This document shows, piece by piece, positions 18,707 through 28,321 of a stretch of 64,000 bases of DNA (position 1 is the stretch's first letter; each line of letters starts with the position of its first letter). The DNA is from an uncultured delta proteobacterium. Its GTDB lineage: Bacteria; Myxococcota_A; Polyangia; Haliangiales; Haliangiaceae. The position numbers and the translations under genes were made by a program. Below the pieces are notes generated by a model. It saw nothing but the letters and a program-made list of their open reading frames with translations. It did not search any database and was not told where the DNA came from. The stretch covers positions 192,001 to 256,000 of the forward strand of contig CAVUQH010000004.1 in assembly GCA_963743525.1 (NCBI GenBank), written 5' to 3'.

Positions 18707-19872
18707 GCCGACCCGATCCCACCGACCTGTCGGCCAAGGCGCTGCGCCAGCTGGTGGTCGACGGCGTCGACGCCGGCGCGCCCAGCATCGGCCCGACCAC
18801 GGTGCACATCGACGTCACCAACGCGTGCAACGCCGCCTGCATCACCTGCTGGGATCACTCGCCGCTGCTCGTGTCGCCGCGGCCGGCGACGTGGAAGAAG
18901 CGGCGGCTGTCGCTCGCCGACTTCGACGCGATCGTCGACGATCTGGTCGCGCTGGGCTCGGTGCGCGCGGTGATCCTGTCGGGCATGGGCGAGCCGCTGG
19001 TCAACCCGGACATCTACCAGATGATCGCCCGGGTCAAGGCGGCCGGCTGGCGGCTGACCATGCTGACCAACCTGATCGCCGCCGACATCGATCGGCTGTG
19101 CGACGCCGGCGTCGACCAGCTGCTGGTCGGCGTCCACGGCGCGTCGCCGATCGCCTACAGCGCCTTCCACCCCGGCTGGGACGAGTCGGACTTCGCCACC
19201 ATGTGTCGCTACCTGCGCCGGCTGGCCGCCACCGACACCCGCGTGCGCCACGTTCAGGTGATCAACCGCGACACCGCGCCCGAGGTGGTCGACATGGTTC
19301 GCTTCGGCGCCCGCTTCGGCGCCGACCGGGTCAACTTCAAGCTGGCCAGCCTGTCCGGCGGCACCGAGGATTGCGGTATCGACGCCGCCCAGCGCGACTG
19401 GCTGATCGACGACGCCCTGCCCCGGGCCCGGGCCCTGGCCGCCGAGCTCGACGTCCCGACCAACCTGGATCTCTTCTCGGCCCAGCTCGAAGCCACCCGC
19501 GCCAACCTGCGCACGACCACGCCGATGGACGAGGTCGGCTGCTTCATGGGCTACGTCTACACGCGCATCACCGTCGACCTCGACGTGCTCTACTGCTGCA
19601 ACACCGAGGTGAAGGTCGGGTCGCTGCGCCAGGCGCGCTTGCCGGCGCTGTGGTTCGGCGAGGCGTGGCAGGCGCTGCGCGACCGGTTGCGCGCGGGCCA
19701 CTACCTGCGCGGCTGCGATCGCTGCGGCAAGTTCGAGCAGAACCTGGCCTGGAGCCAGCGCTACCGAGCCGCTCGCGGCGACGACGCCCTGCGCGCCGCC
19801 ACCGGGCGCGGCCCCGAGGCCGCCGGGCCGCGCTTGCCGCGCAGCCGGGCGCTGCCGGTGGTGGAGACGTGA
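18703..19872 (+). CDS. Radical SAM protein with SPASM/Twitch-like C-terminal domain
   Basis: CNAACITC, SGMGEP, C-terminal CFMG...YCC...CDRC. Confidence 0.9.
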   Translation: MSRPDPTDLSAKALRQLVVDGVDAGAPSIGPTTVHIDVTNACNAACITCWDHSPLLVSPRPATWKKRRLSLADFDAIVDDLVALGSVRAVILSGMGEPLVNPDIYQMIARVKAAGWRLTMLTNLIAADIDRLCDAGVDQLLVGVHGASPIAYSAFHPGWDESDFATMCRYLRRLAATDTRVRHVQVINRDTAPEVVDMVRFGARFGADRVNFKLASLSGGTEDCGIDAAQRDWLIDDALPRARALAAELDVPTNLDLFSAQLEATRANLRTTTPMDEVGCFMGYVYTRITVDLDVLYCCNTEVKVGSLRQARLPALWFGEAWQALRDRLRAGHYLRGCDRCGKFEQNLAWSQRYRAARGDDALRAATGRGPEAAGPRLPRSRALPVVET

Positions 19873-20747
19873 GCCAGCCGCGCACGCCGACGATCGAGTG
19901 GCAGGTCGCCGGCGCCTGCAACTACGACTGCAGCTACTGCATCCAGTCGCGCCGCTACCGCCGCGGGCGGCCGGACCGCGACCAGCTCGCCCGCGCCCTC
20001 GACTTCTTCGCCGCGCTGCCCGGGACCTGGGAGCTCAAGTGCAGCGGCGGCGAGGCGTTCGCCCATCCGCTGTTCATGGAGCTGGTGGTGCCCGGCATCA
20101 TCCGCCGCACCGCCCATCGCATCAGCGTGCTGACCAACTTCTCGGCCAGCCGCCGCGACCTGATGCGCTTTGCCGACCTGACCCGCGGCCGGCTGTCGGT
20201 GTTCAGCGCCTCGCTACATCTCGAGTTCGTCGAGGCGGAAGAGTTCGCCGCCCGCGCCGACTGGTTCGTCAACCAGCTCGAGCCCGGCGTGTCGTTCGTG
20301 GTCAACCAGGTGGTCTTGCCCGGCCGCGAGGCCGAGGCGGCGCGCTGCCGCGACGCGCTCGAGGCCCGTGGCATCCGCTGGTTCCCGCAGCTGTACAAGG
20401 TCGACGGCGGCGTCGCCGACTACCCGGATGCCGACGCGCTGGTGCCGCTGCTCGGCCGCCGGCCGGGACCGCGACGAGCCAACGTCGCCCCGTCGTACCG
20501 CGGGCGCCGCTGCTGGGCCGGCGTCGACTACTTCGCGGTCGACAAAGACGGCGAGGCGTGGAGCTGCCGCACCGCCAAGCGCCACGGCGCCGGGCGACTG
20601 GGCAACGTCTACGACGGTGCGGTCGAGCGCATGACCGAGGCCCTGCCCTGCCCCTACGACATCTGTCCGTGCACGGTGCCGGCCAACCGCGGCATGATCG
20701 AGGGAATCGATCCCGGCGCACCCGAGCGCGAGGAGGCGGACGGATGA
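19869..20747 (+). CDS. Radical SAM protein (Twitch-like C-terminus)
   Basis: CNYDCSYC, SGGEAF, TNFS, SLHLE, CWAG...SC...CPYDICPC. Confidence 0.9.
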   Translation: MSQPRTPTIEWQVAGACNYDCSYCIQSRRYRRGRPDRDQLARALDFFAALPGTWELKCSGGEAFAHPLFMELVVPGIIRRTAHRISVLTNFSASRRDLMRFADLTRGRLSVFSASLHLEFVEAEEFAARADWFVNQLEPGVSFVVNQVVLPGREAEAARCRDALEARGIRWFPQLYKVDGGVADYPDADALVPLLGRRPGPRRANVAPSYRGRRCWAGVDYFAVDKDGEAWSCRTAKRHGAGRLGNVYDGAVERMTEALPCPYDICPCTVPANRGMIEGIDPGAPEREEADG

Positions 20748-21588
20748 CGGGCGAGCCGCTCTACCCGCTGGAGGGTGTGGTGTCGTGGAACATGAACACC
20801 ACCTGCAACTACCGCTGCAGCTACTGCACCCAGCGGTTCGTCGACGACCGCGCGCAGTGGGCGCGCGACCTGCCGCGCTTCATCGACGCCTTCACCTCGC
20901 TGCCGGGCGAGTGGGAGATCAAGCTGTCGGGCGGCGAGCCGTTCCGCCACCCGGACTTCCTCGACGCGGTGCGCGCCCTGGCCGGCGGCGGCATGCGCGT
21001 CTCGTGCGTCACCAACTTCTCGGCCGGGCGCGACGCGCTGGCGGCGTTCGCCGAGGCGACGGCGGCGCGCCCGGGGCTGGTGTCGGCGTCGCTCCACCTC
21101 GAGTACGCCGATCCCGAGGCGTTCCTCGCCGAGCTTCGTGTGGTTCGCCGAGGGCTATGCCGGGCGCGATTTGCGTGACCTGCGTGGCCACCCGCGACAA
21201 CCTGCCCCGCCTGACCGAGCTGAAGCGGCGCTTCGACGGCGCCGGGCTGCCGTTCAAGGTGCAGCCGGAGAAGCAGGATCGCGAGGTGATCGACTACAGC
21301 GAGGACGAGCGCGCCCAGCTGATCGCGCTGGGCGGCCACAACGGCACCGGACGGATCGCGCCCCGTTTCGCCGGGCGGCCCTGCTGGGCCGGCGCCCGCT
21401 ACTTCATCGTCGATCACCGCGGCGAGGCGTACCGCTGCTACCCGGCGCGGCGCTTTCGCCGCGAGCGTCTGGGCAATCTGCTCGATGGATCGTTCCGCGT
21501 CCGACTCGAGGCCGAGCCGTGCCGCTATGATTACTGCAACTGCACCGTGCCCCAGGAGCGGGGGATGGTCGACACGAGGGTGAGCTGA
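20744..21588 (+). CDS. Radical SAM protein, paralog of the preceding gene; frameshifts at ~21135 and ~21163
   Basis: CNYRCSYC, SGGEPF, TNFS, SLHLE, CWAG...RC...CRYDYCNC; ATGA coupling. Confidence 0.88.
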
Positions 21589-22109
21589 TGCTGGCTGGAA
21601 ACATGAAGCTGCGAAACTTCCTCATCCTGGCGACGCTGGTCGTCGCCGGCGGCATCGCCGGGCTGTACGTCGCCTGCCGCGGCGGCGACACGGACAACAA
21701 GGTCGCCGGCGGAACCTCACCGCTGCAGCAGCCGCACACCGCACCGGCGACGCCCGCGGCGCCGACGCAGGTCACGCCCCCGGTTCAGCCGGCCGCCGAC
21801 CCGGCCGCCGCGGCGCCGTCGTCGAACATGCGCCCGGTCGATCAAGAGGTCATGAAGTGGGTGGGCAAGGACCTCGGGTCGAAGAAGCTCAAGGACGTCA
21901 CCAAGGGCCGCCCCTACAAGGTCAACCTCTACCAGGATGACGGCAAGCCGTCGGTCAACCGGGCCAAGATCGACCTCGACCGCGACGACAAGTGGGACGA
22001 GAAGTGGACCTTCGACGGGCCCAACGTGTCGCGCAAGGTCGCGCCCGACGACGACGAGAACTACACCGAGAGCTCGGTGTGGAACGGCTCGGCCTGGGTC
22101 GCCGAGTAG
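21588..22109 (+). CDS. Hypothetical exported protein with Pro/Ala linker and acidic DxDxD motif
   Basis: N-terminal hydrophobic helix; DLDRDDKWDEKW; TGATG coupling. Confidence 0.8.
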   Translation: MLAGNMKLRNFLILATLVVAGGIAGLYVACRGGDTDNKVAGGTSPLQQPHTAPATPAAPTQVTPPVQPAADPAAAAPSSNMRPVDQEVMKWVGKDLGSKKLKDVTKGRPYKVNLYQDDGKPSVNRAKIDLDRDDKWDEKWTFDGPNVSRKVAPDDDENYTESSVWNGSAWVAE

Positions 22110-22110
22110 C

Positions 22111-22773
22111 TCAGGCGCGGGCGCCCCACTCGGCGCGGTAGGCGGCGATGCGCTCGAGCTGGGCGGCGTCGAGAACGCCGCGCTCGCGCAGATGCTCGAC
22201 CACCTCGTCGATGGTGACGATGGCGAAGGCGGGCATGCCGTGCTCGATGCCGGCGTCGGCCAGGGCCGAGCGGTCACCGGTGCCGCGCTCCTGGCGATCG
22301 ACCGACACGACCAGGCCGGCCAGCTCGATCGCGGCGGCGGCGCGGAGCAGCGGCACGGTCTCGCGGATCGAGGTGCCGGCGGTGGTGACGTCCTCGACGA
22401 TCAGCACGCGGTCGCCGTCGGCCAGCGGCTTGCCGACCAGGCTGCCGCCCTCGCCGTGGTCCTTGGCCTCCTTGCGGTTGTAGCAGAAGGCGACGTCGGC
22501 GCCGCGCTCGGCCATCGCCATCGAGGTGGCGACGACCAGCGGGATGCCCTTGTAGGCGGGGCCGAACAGGACGTCGATCTCACCGGCGCCCAGCCGGGCG
22601 GCGACAGCGTCGGCGTAGAAGCCGCCCAGCCGGCGCATCTGCGCCCCGGTCCGGTAGCGGCCGGTGTTGACGAAGTACGGCGTCTTGCGCCCGCTCTTGG
22701 TGACGAAGTCGCCGAAGGTCAGCACGCCGACCTCGACCATGAAGTCGATGAACTCCCGCTTGTACGCGTCCAC
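22111..22773 (-). CDS. pyrE: Orotate phosphoribosyltransferase
   Basis: KSGRKTPYF, FGPAYKGIP, NRKEAKDHGEGG, VEDVTTAGTS. Confidence 0.97.
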   Translation of the reverse strand: MDAYKREFIDFMVEVGVLTFGDFVTKSGRKTPYFVNTGRYRTGAQMRRLGGFYADAVAARLGAGEIDVLFGPAYKGIPLVVATSMAMAERGADVAFCYNRKEAKDHGEGGSLVGKPLADGDRVLIVEDVTTAGTSIRETVPLLRAAAAIELAGLVVSVDRQERGTGDRSALADAGIEHGMPAFAIVTIDEVVEHLRERGVLDAAQLERIAAYRAEWGARA

Positions 22774-22798
22774 GGGCGGACGCTACCACGGCGGCGCG

Positions 22799-23566
22799 TC
22801 AGCGCGCAGCGGCCTGACCGCGCTCGACCCGCTCGGCCAGACGACCCAGCTCGTGGGACAGGCGGCGCAGTGCCTCGCCCATCCGCCGGCGCAGCCCCTC
22901 GACCAGTGGCGGCAACTCGGATTCCGACTCGCGCTCGGTCGGCTCGGGCTCGACCGGCTGCGGCACCAGCGCCAGCCGGCGCAGGTGCTCCAGACGGAAC
23001 GGCTCGGTCGGAAGACGCCGCGGCACCGGCCGCCCGGTCACGGTCAGCGGCGGCGCGCTGACCAGGAAGCGGGCCTCGGTCCAGCGCACCATCTCCACCA
23101 GCGCATCCTCGTTGGTGCGCCCGTTGAGCCGCACGTCGGCGATCTCTCCCGCGCGGTAGACGACCTCGCCGCGATCGAACTCGTGGATCACCACCACCGT
23201 GCAGGTCAGCGCGTTCTGTTCGCAGTGACGCATGACCCGGACCAGTGGCACCTCGCTGAGGTCGCCGCGGAACGCCGCCGCCGGGCCGAGCACGCCGTCG
23301 AGGTCGGGCAGCCGCTGCGAGATCTCGTAGCTGCCGCCGGACAGCTGGCGCATCTCCTCCACCGCGGCGTCGCCGCTGGCACCGGCGAACTCGGCGCTGT
23401 CGACGATGCCGGCACGCAGCACCACGCAGCCGCGGTTGGGCCCGCTGGTCAGGTCGATCCGGCCGGTGACCGCGCTTCGCTGGCAGTGGGCCAGGAGGCG
23501 CGAGAGCGGCATCTCGGCCAGCGAGCCGCGGATGCGGTTGGGGGAGGCAGTCAGCGTCGCGTGCAT
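22799..23566 (-). CDS. Tandem DUF4388-like domain protein
   Basis: Two repeats of the GxLxExPLxxLL...TG/TC pattern. Confidence 0.75.
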   Translation of the reverse strand: MHATLTASPNRIRGSLAEMPLSRLLAHCQRSAVTGRIDLTSGPNRGCVVLRAGIVDSAEFAGASGDAAVEEMRQLSGGSYEISQRLPDLDGVLGPAAAFRGDLSEVPLVRVMRHCEQNALTCTVVVIHEFDRGEVVYRAGEIADVRLNGRTNEDALVEMVRWTEARFLVSAPPLTVTGRPVPRRLPTEPFRLEHLRRLALVPQPVEPEPTERESESELPPLVEGLRRRMGEALRRLSHELGRLAERVERGQAAAR

Positions 23567-23757
23567 GGCCCCCTTCTACAGCAGCTCCCGTACCAACTCT
23601 GGTTCACCCGGGATCACAAGGATTGCGCCGATTTGGACCGCTCCGCCGCGACGGGCCGCGAAAAGCCTCCGAAAACCGGATGCCCCCCTCCGGATAGACT
23701 ACAGACACCTGTCCCCACTCACCCGGGAGCACCTGTGCTTCCGGCACCTTCGTTTCC

Positions 23758-23773
23758 TGGCATGGCCGGTGCT
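23758..23773 (+). promoter_or_regulatory. Putative sigma54 promoter
   Basis: TGGCATGGCCGGTGCT; the -12 C is 15 nt before ATG 23787. Confidence 0.55.
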
Positions 23774-23786
23774 GTAGGACCGGCCC

Positions 23787-25505
23787 ATGTTTGCAACGAG
23801 ACGTCTGCAGTTTTGGACGAGCTCTCTCTTCGTAGCCGCCATCGCCGGGGGCTGCATTGCGGGGAACGGGCAGTCGAGCTCCGCGATCGATTGGACCGGC
23901 GAGAGCTGTGAAACCATCGACTTCGACACCAATGGCACGGGCGATCCGATCGTCACGGGCGAGGTGATCGAAGAGGCCTACGCGGCCAAGGGGATCCACG
24001 TCCAGGTATTCCAGGACGAGGCCGAGACGATCCCCGGCCTCGGCGTCGCCTTCGACAGCAACCACCCGACCGGCGGTGACGACGACCTGAAGTTCAGCGG
24101 TCTCGGCCACATCCTGATCAACCAGGAGAACTTCACCGCCGCCGACGTCGCTGCCGGCAAGGTCGCCGAGCCCGACGACGAGGCCAAGGGCGCCTTCTTC
24201 GACATCCACTTCGACGATCCGGCGTGCATCCGCAGCCTGATCCTGCTCGACATCGACTACGGCGAGGACCCGGCCAAGCTGGCGTTCTACGACAGCGCCG
24301 ACAATCTGATCGCCACCCACCAGGTGGCGCCGATGGGCAACAACGTGCGCCTCGACGTGCCGCTGCCGTTGACGCCGCAGTGCAACGTTGCGCGGATGAC
24401 CGTCTACCTGTCGTCGAGCGGCGCCATGGACAACCTCGAGGTCTGCCGGCGCCCGCAGGCGCCGCAGGTCTGGACCCGCACGTACGACAGCGGCTACGAC
24501 GACGTCGGCAACGACGTCGCCGCCGATTCGGCGCGCAACGCCGTGGTCGTCGGCACCAGCGGCACCGCCGCCGGCACCACCGACGGCATCGTGCGCAAGT
24601 ACGACCCCGACGGCAACCTGCTGTGGAACACCTCGATCAGCAACGGCGGCGACGACACCGCCGAGTCGGTGGCGGTCGACACCTGCGACGACATCCTGGT
24701 CGCCGGCCGTCGCCAGGGCGCTGGTGACGACGACCTGTACGTGACCAAGCTGAAGAAGAACGGCACCACCATCTGGACCCAGACCTACGACGGCGGCGGC
24801 GACGATGCCGCCTACGGCGTGGCCAGCGACTCGACCAAGCACATCGTGGTCGCCGGCTTCACCAGCGTCGCCACCGGCAGCGACATCTTCGTGCGCAAGT
24901 ACGACCGCGACGGCAACACCGTGTGGACGCGCAGCGCCGACGTCGGCGCCCGCGACATGGCGTTCGACGTCGCCATCGGTCCCAACGACGAGATCGCCGT
25001 GGTCGGGCAGATCGACAACGGCGACCTGGACCTGTGGGTGCGCCTGTACGACTCCGCCGGCACCGAGCAGTGGACCCGCGTCTTCGACGGCGGCGGCGAC
25101 GACGTCGGTCACGGCGTGGCCATCGACGGCGACGGCAACGTGCTGGTCGGCGGCGAGGCGTTCAACGGCGCCACCAGCGACGTGTTCGTGCGCAAGTACG
25201 ACGGCGCCGGTAACACCGTCTGGACCCGGACCTACGACGGCGGCGGGGTTAACGTCGGCAACGGCGTGGCCACCGACGCGGCCGGCAGCGTGATCGTCAA
25301 CGGCTTCACCGACAACGCCACCCGCGACGGCTGGACGCGCAAGTACGACGCCGACGGCAACGAGGTGTGGACCGAGCTGTTCGACCAGGGCGGAGCCGAC
25401 GAGGGCAACGGCGTGGCCACCGATACCGCGGGCGCCGTGCTCGCTACCGGCTTCTTCGAGGGCCCGAGCGACCTGGACCTGTGGCTGGCGAGGTACCGCC
25501 CGTGA
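23787..25505 (+). CDS. Lipoprotein with C-terminal beta-propeller (SBBP-like) repeats
   Basis: AGGC lipobox; about seven repeats of VRKYDxDGNxxWTRTYDGG..D.G.GVA.D. Confidence 0.85.
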   Translation: MFATRRLQFWTSSLFVAAIAGGCIAGNGQSSSAIDWTGESCETIDFDTNGTGDPIVTGEVIEEAYAAKGIHVQVFQDEAETIPGLGVAFDSNHPTGGDDDLKFSGLGHILINQENFTAADVAAGKVAEPDDEAKGAFFDIHFDDPACIRSLILLDIDYGEDPAKLAFYDSADNLIATHQVAPMGNNVRLDVPLPLTPQCNVARMTVYLSSSGAMDNLEVCRRPQAPQVWTRTYDSGYDDVGNDVAADSARNAVVVGTSGTAAGTTDGIVRKYDPDGNLLWNTSISNGGDDTAESVAVDTCDDILVAGRRQGAGDDDLYVTKLKKNGTTIWTQTYDGGGDDAAYGVASDSTKHIVVAGFTSVATGSDIFVRKYDRDGNTVWTRSADVGARDMAFDVAIGPNDEIAVVGQIDNGDLDLWVRLYDSAGTEQWTRVFDGGGDDVGHGVAIDGDGNVLVGGEAFNGATSDVFVRKYDGAGNTVWTRTYDGGGVNVGNGVATDAAGSVIVNGFTDNATRDGWTRKYDADGNEVWTELFDQGGADEGNGVATDTAGAVLATGFFEGPSDLDLWLARYRP

Positions 25506-25535
25506 GCCGGCGAAAGCGCCGGCCCAACCGCGGCA

Positions 25536-26367
25536 TCAGTACATCGCCACGGCGAGCGATACACCGCCCGGCGTGATCGCCACGCGGACCCGGCCGCCGC
25601 GCCCCTTGACCGTGAGATAGCGGTAGGTGGCGCCGGCGGCCAGCGCTGCGCTCACGCCCAGCGCGACCAGCGACACGGTTCGGTCGCGCCCGGCCCGCTG
25701 ATTGGCATCGACGTAGTCGAAGTAGTTGGTCGAACTCGCTGGCCGCCCGCTCCGCCGAGCCCTTGGCCACCCAGAAACCGATCGACACGCCCAGCGCGGC
25801 CACACCGCCGCCGGCCATCGCGCCGCCGGCGAGGTCGTGATACCAGGGCGCCTGGTCGCGCCGCGGCCCGGCGGTGAGCGCCGCGGCCGGCGCCTGGATC
25901 GGCTCGGGCGGCGCCGACGCTTCTTCCGCCTCCTCCAGCGCCGCCGGCGTCGACACGCGCGGCCGGCCGCCCGGTCCCGACTCCAGCGCGCGGTTGCAGC
26001 GGCGCAGGTTGACCCGCGCGGCCTCGGCCTGGTTCGGATCCGGGTGGGTCTCGAGGAAGCGCTGGTAATAGACGACCGCGGTCGGGCAGTCGCCCGACAG
26101 ACGCTCGGCCTGGGCCATGGCGAACAGGAAGTCGGGCCGCGGGTCGAGAGCGTAGCCGGCGCGGAACTCGACCAGCGCCAGCTCGTACTGCTTTTGCGCG
26201 TAGAACTCGATGCCGCGCTGCAGGTGCTCATCGACCTCGCGGGCCAGATCGGTGTTGGCCTCGGGGTCGGCTCGTTTCGTCGCCTTCTGGTCCCTGGAAG
26301 GTTGGTCGGCCCGCGCCGTCGCGGTCGCCATCAGCAGCAGCAGCGCCGCGACCAGCGCGCGGATCAA
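25536..26367 (-). CDS. Secreted TPR protein, +1 frameshift at ~25733
   Basis: Signal peptide, TPR helices (GIEFY...ALVEFRAGY, FLFAMAQAER...YQRFL); C-terminus continues in the 25536 frame. Confidence 0.8.
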
Positions 26368-28079
26368 TGCGACCTCCCCGGCGGCGGCAGCGGCGAGTCG
26401 AGGCCCCAGTCGCGCGCCTTGGGCTTGGGCGGCGGCTCGGGCTCGGGTGCCGCCGGCTTGCGCTGGACCGATACCGAGCTGTGCTTGCTCCGGTGGCCGG
26501 TGTGGCGGGCGCGAGCGCGGTCGTGGGTGTGCCGCTCCGGCTTCTCGCTCCTGGCCGCTGCCGGGGTCGCGGTGTGCTCGCCGGCGGTCGGCGCCTCGAC
26601 CTCGCGCTTGGCGGCCGGCGGCTCGACCTCGCGCTTGGCGGCCGGCGGCTCGACCTCTTGCCGTGGTGCGGGCTCGGCCGCCACCTGGGCTGGCGCGGGC
26701 GCAGCAGTCACCGGCGCGGCCGCCGCCGCGGCCGCCGCGTGTGGCGTCGCGTCACTGCTGGTCAACACGGTCGCCCCGCCGCGGGTGAAGAAGAAGACCG
26801 CAGTGGCGGCGATGGCAGCGCCGAACAGCGCGGCCGGCCAGTGACGCGAACGCTTCACCTCGTACGACTGCGATACCTCGGCCGCGGCGAGCGCCTCGGT
26901 TGACGAGCGCGAGACCGGGCGCGACACCACGGTGGGTTGCGGCGCCAGCGCCGACAGGTCCGGGCCTTCGACGTCGATCGCCAGATCGTCGTCGCTCTCC
27001 GCCGCCTCGATCTCGACCTCGAGGAAGTCGTCGTCATCTTCCTCGTCACCGAGGTCGTTGCCGGCGCCGCCGGCGATCAGCTCGAGCTTGACCTCGCCGG
27101 TGCGCGGCACCGCGCGAACCGCCGCCTCCTGCTCGCGCATCCGGTCGACGAAGGTCTCGCGCATGTAGCGGCCCAGCGACACCGCCGACAACCCGAGTCC
27201 GTGAGCGCGGGCGAACTCTTCCAGGTCAACCTGCATCTCCTGTGCGGTCGAGTAGCGCTTCTCGCGATCGCGCGCGAGGGCGCGCATGAGGATCTTCTCG
27301 AGCGCGGCGGGGTATTTGGGGAACGTCTTCGAGGGCGGCGCCACGTCCTCGTTGACGATCTTCATCATGATTTCGAACTCGCTCTCGCCCTTGAACAGCC
27401 GCCGGTGGGTGGTCATCTCGAACAGCAGGATGCCGAGGGCGAAGATGTCGCTGCGCCGATCGAGCGGTTTGCCGCGGCACTGCTCGGGCGACATGTACGA
27501 GACCTTGCCCTTGAGCGTGCCCGCCTGGGTCTTGCTCTGCCGCTGCGCCGCCTTGGCCACGCCGAAGTCGACCAGCTTGACGCCGCCGTCGTACGACACC
27601 AGCACGTTCGACGGCGACACGTCGCGGTGAACGATGCCGAGCGGCTCGCCGTCGATCGTGGTCTTCTCGTGGGCAGCGTGCAGACCGGCAGCCGCGCCGG
27701 CGATGATGGTCAGCACGTTGGCCAGCGGCACGCGCTTGCGCCCGGCGACCGCGGTCTTGAGGATCGTGCGCACGTCCTCACCGCGGATGTACTCCATGGT
27801 GAAGAAGTAGCTGTCCTCGAACTGGCCGATGTCGTAGACCTGCGCGATGTTGGGATGCTGAAGCGTCGCCGACAGCCGCGCCTCGTCGAGGAACATGGCC
27901 ACGAACTCGCGGCTGTTCGCGTACTGCGGCAGGATGCGCTTGAGCACCACCAGCTTCTCGAAGCCCTCGATGCCGGTGGCCCGTGCCAGGTAGATCTCGG
28001 CCATTCCGCCGACCGCGAGCCGATGGATCAGCTCGTAGCGCCCGATGCGAAGGCCCGGTGAAAGGTCTGCTCTACCCAT
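26364..28079 (-). CDS. Transmembrane Ser/Thr protein kinase (Pkn type)
   Basis: AVGGMAEI, VVLK, HRDVSPSN, DFG, YMSPEQ, TM helix, Pro/Ala tail. Confidence 0.95.
   Translation of the reverse strand: MGRADLSPGLRIGRYELIHRLAVGGMAEIYLARATGIEGFEKLVVLKRILPQYANSREFVAMFLDEARLSATLQHPNIAQVYDIGQFEDSYFFTMEYIRGEDVRTILKTAVAGRKRVPLANVLTIIAGAAAGLHAAHEKTTIDGEPLGIVHRDVSPSNVLVSYDGGVKLVDFGVAKAAQRQSKTQAGTLKGKVSYMSPEQCRGKPLDRRSDIFALGILLFEMTTHRRLFKGESEFEIMMKIVNEDVAPPSKTFPKYPAALEKILMRALARDREKRYSTAQEMQVDLEEFARAHGLGLSAVSLGRYMRETFVDRMREQEAAVRAVPRTGEVKLELIAGGAGNDLGDEEDDDDFLEVEIEAAESDDDLAIDVEGPDLSALAPQPTVVSRPVSRSSTEALAAAEVSQSYEVKRSRHWPAALFGAAIAATAVFFFTRGGATVLTSSDATPHAAAAAAAAPVTAAPAPAQVAAEPAPRQEVEPPAAKREVEPPAAKREVEAPTAGEHTATPAAARSEKPERHTHDRARARHTGHRSKHSSVSVQRKPAAPEPEPPPKPKARDWGLDSPLPPPGRSH
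26595..26657. repeat. 27-bp coding tandem repeat (2.3 copies, EVEPPAAKR)
   Basis: CTCGACCTCGCGCTTGGCGGCCGGCGG twice plus a partial copy. Confidence 0.9.
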
Positions 28080-28321
28080 CGCGTGCGTCAACATTCATGA
28101 TCAACGTACGAACCACGGGCGAAACGATCAACAGCGGGGTCGAACGTCACGCATGCAACGTTTCTCGACTCGATCGTCAACGCCAGCTTCGCGACACCAA
28201 CGCACGACGTCGCTGCAGTAGGCAACGTGCGCGGAGGTAGTAGTCTCGTCGTTCAGCAAGAGACAGCCAGCTCACAATCGAGCCGATCGTTGATCGCGCG
28301 CCGTCGATCGCGTAACCGTGG

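Noticed and set aside
17704..19872. Apparent 722-aa glycosyltransferase-radical SAM fusion in the ORF track
   Set aside because: The linker is Arg-rich off-frame sequence. A +1 shift at ~18561 gives a normal C-terminus ending at 18706 and overlapping the radical SAM GTG start.
19869..21588. Prokaryotic viperins
   Set aside because: CNYxCxYC and GGEPF are generic. The viperin-type N-x-H motif before the Cys triad is absent and the proteins carry Twitch-like Cys tails.
24470..25500. CRISPR-like periodic repeats
   Set aside because: The periodicity comes from degenerate protein beta-propeller repeats; there are no identical repeats with unique spacers and no cas genes.
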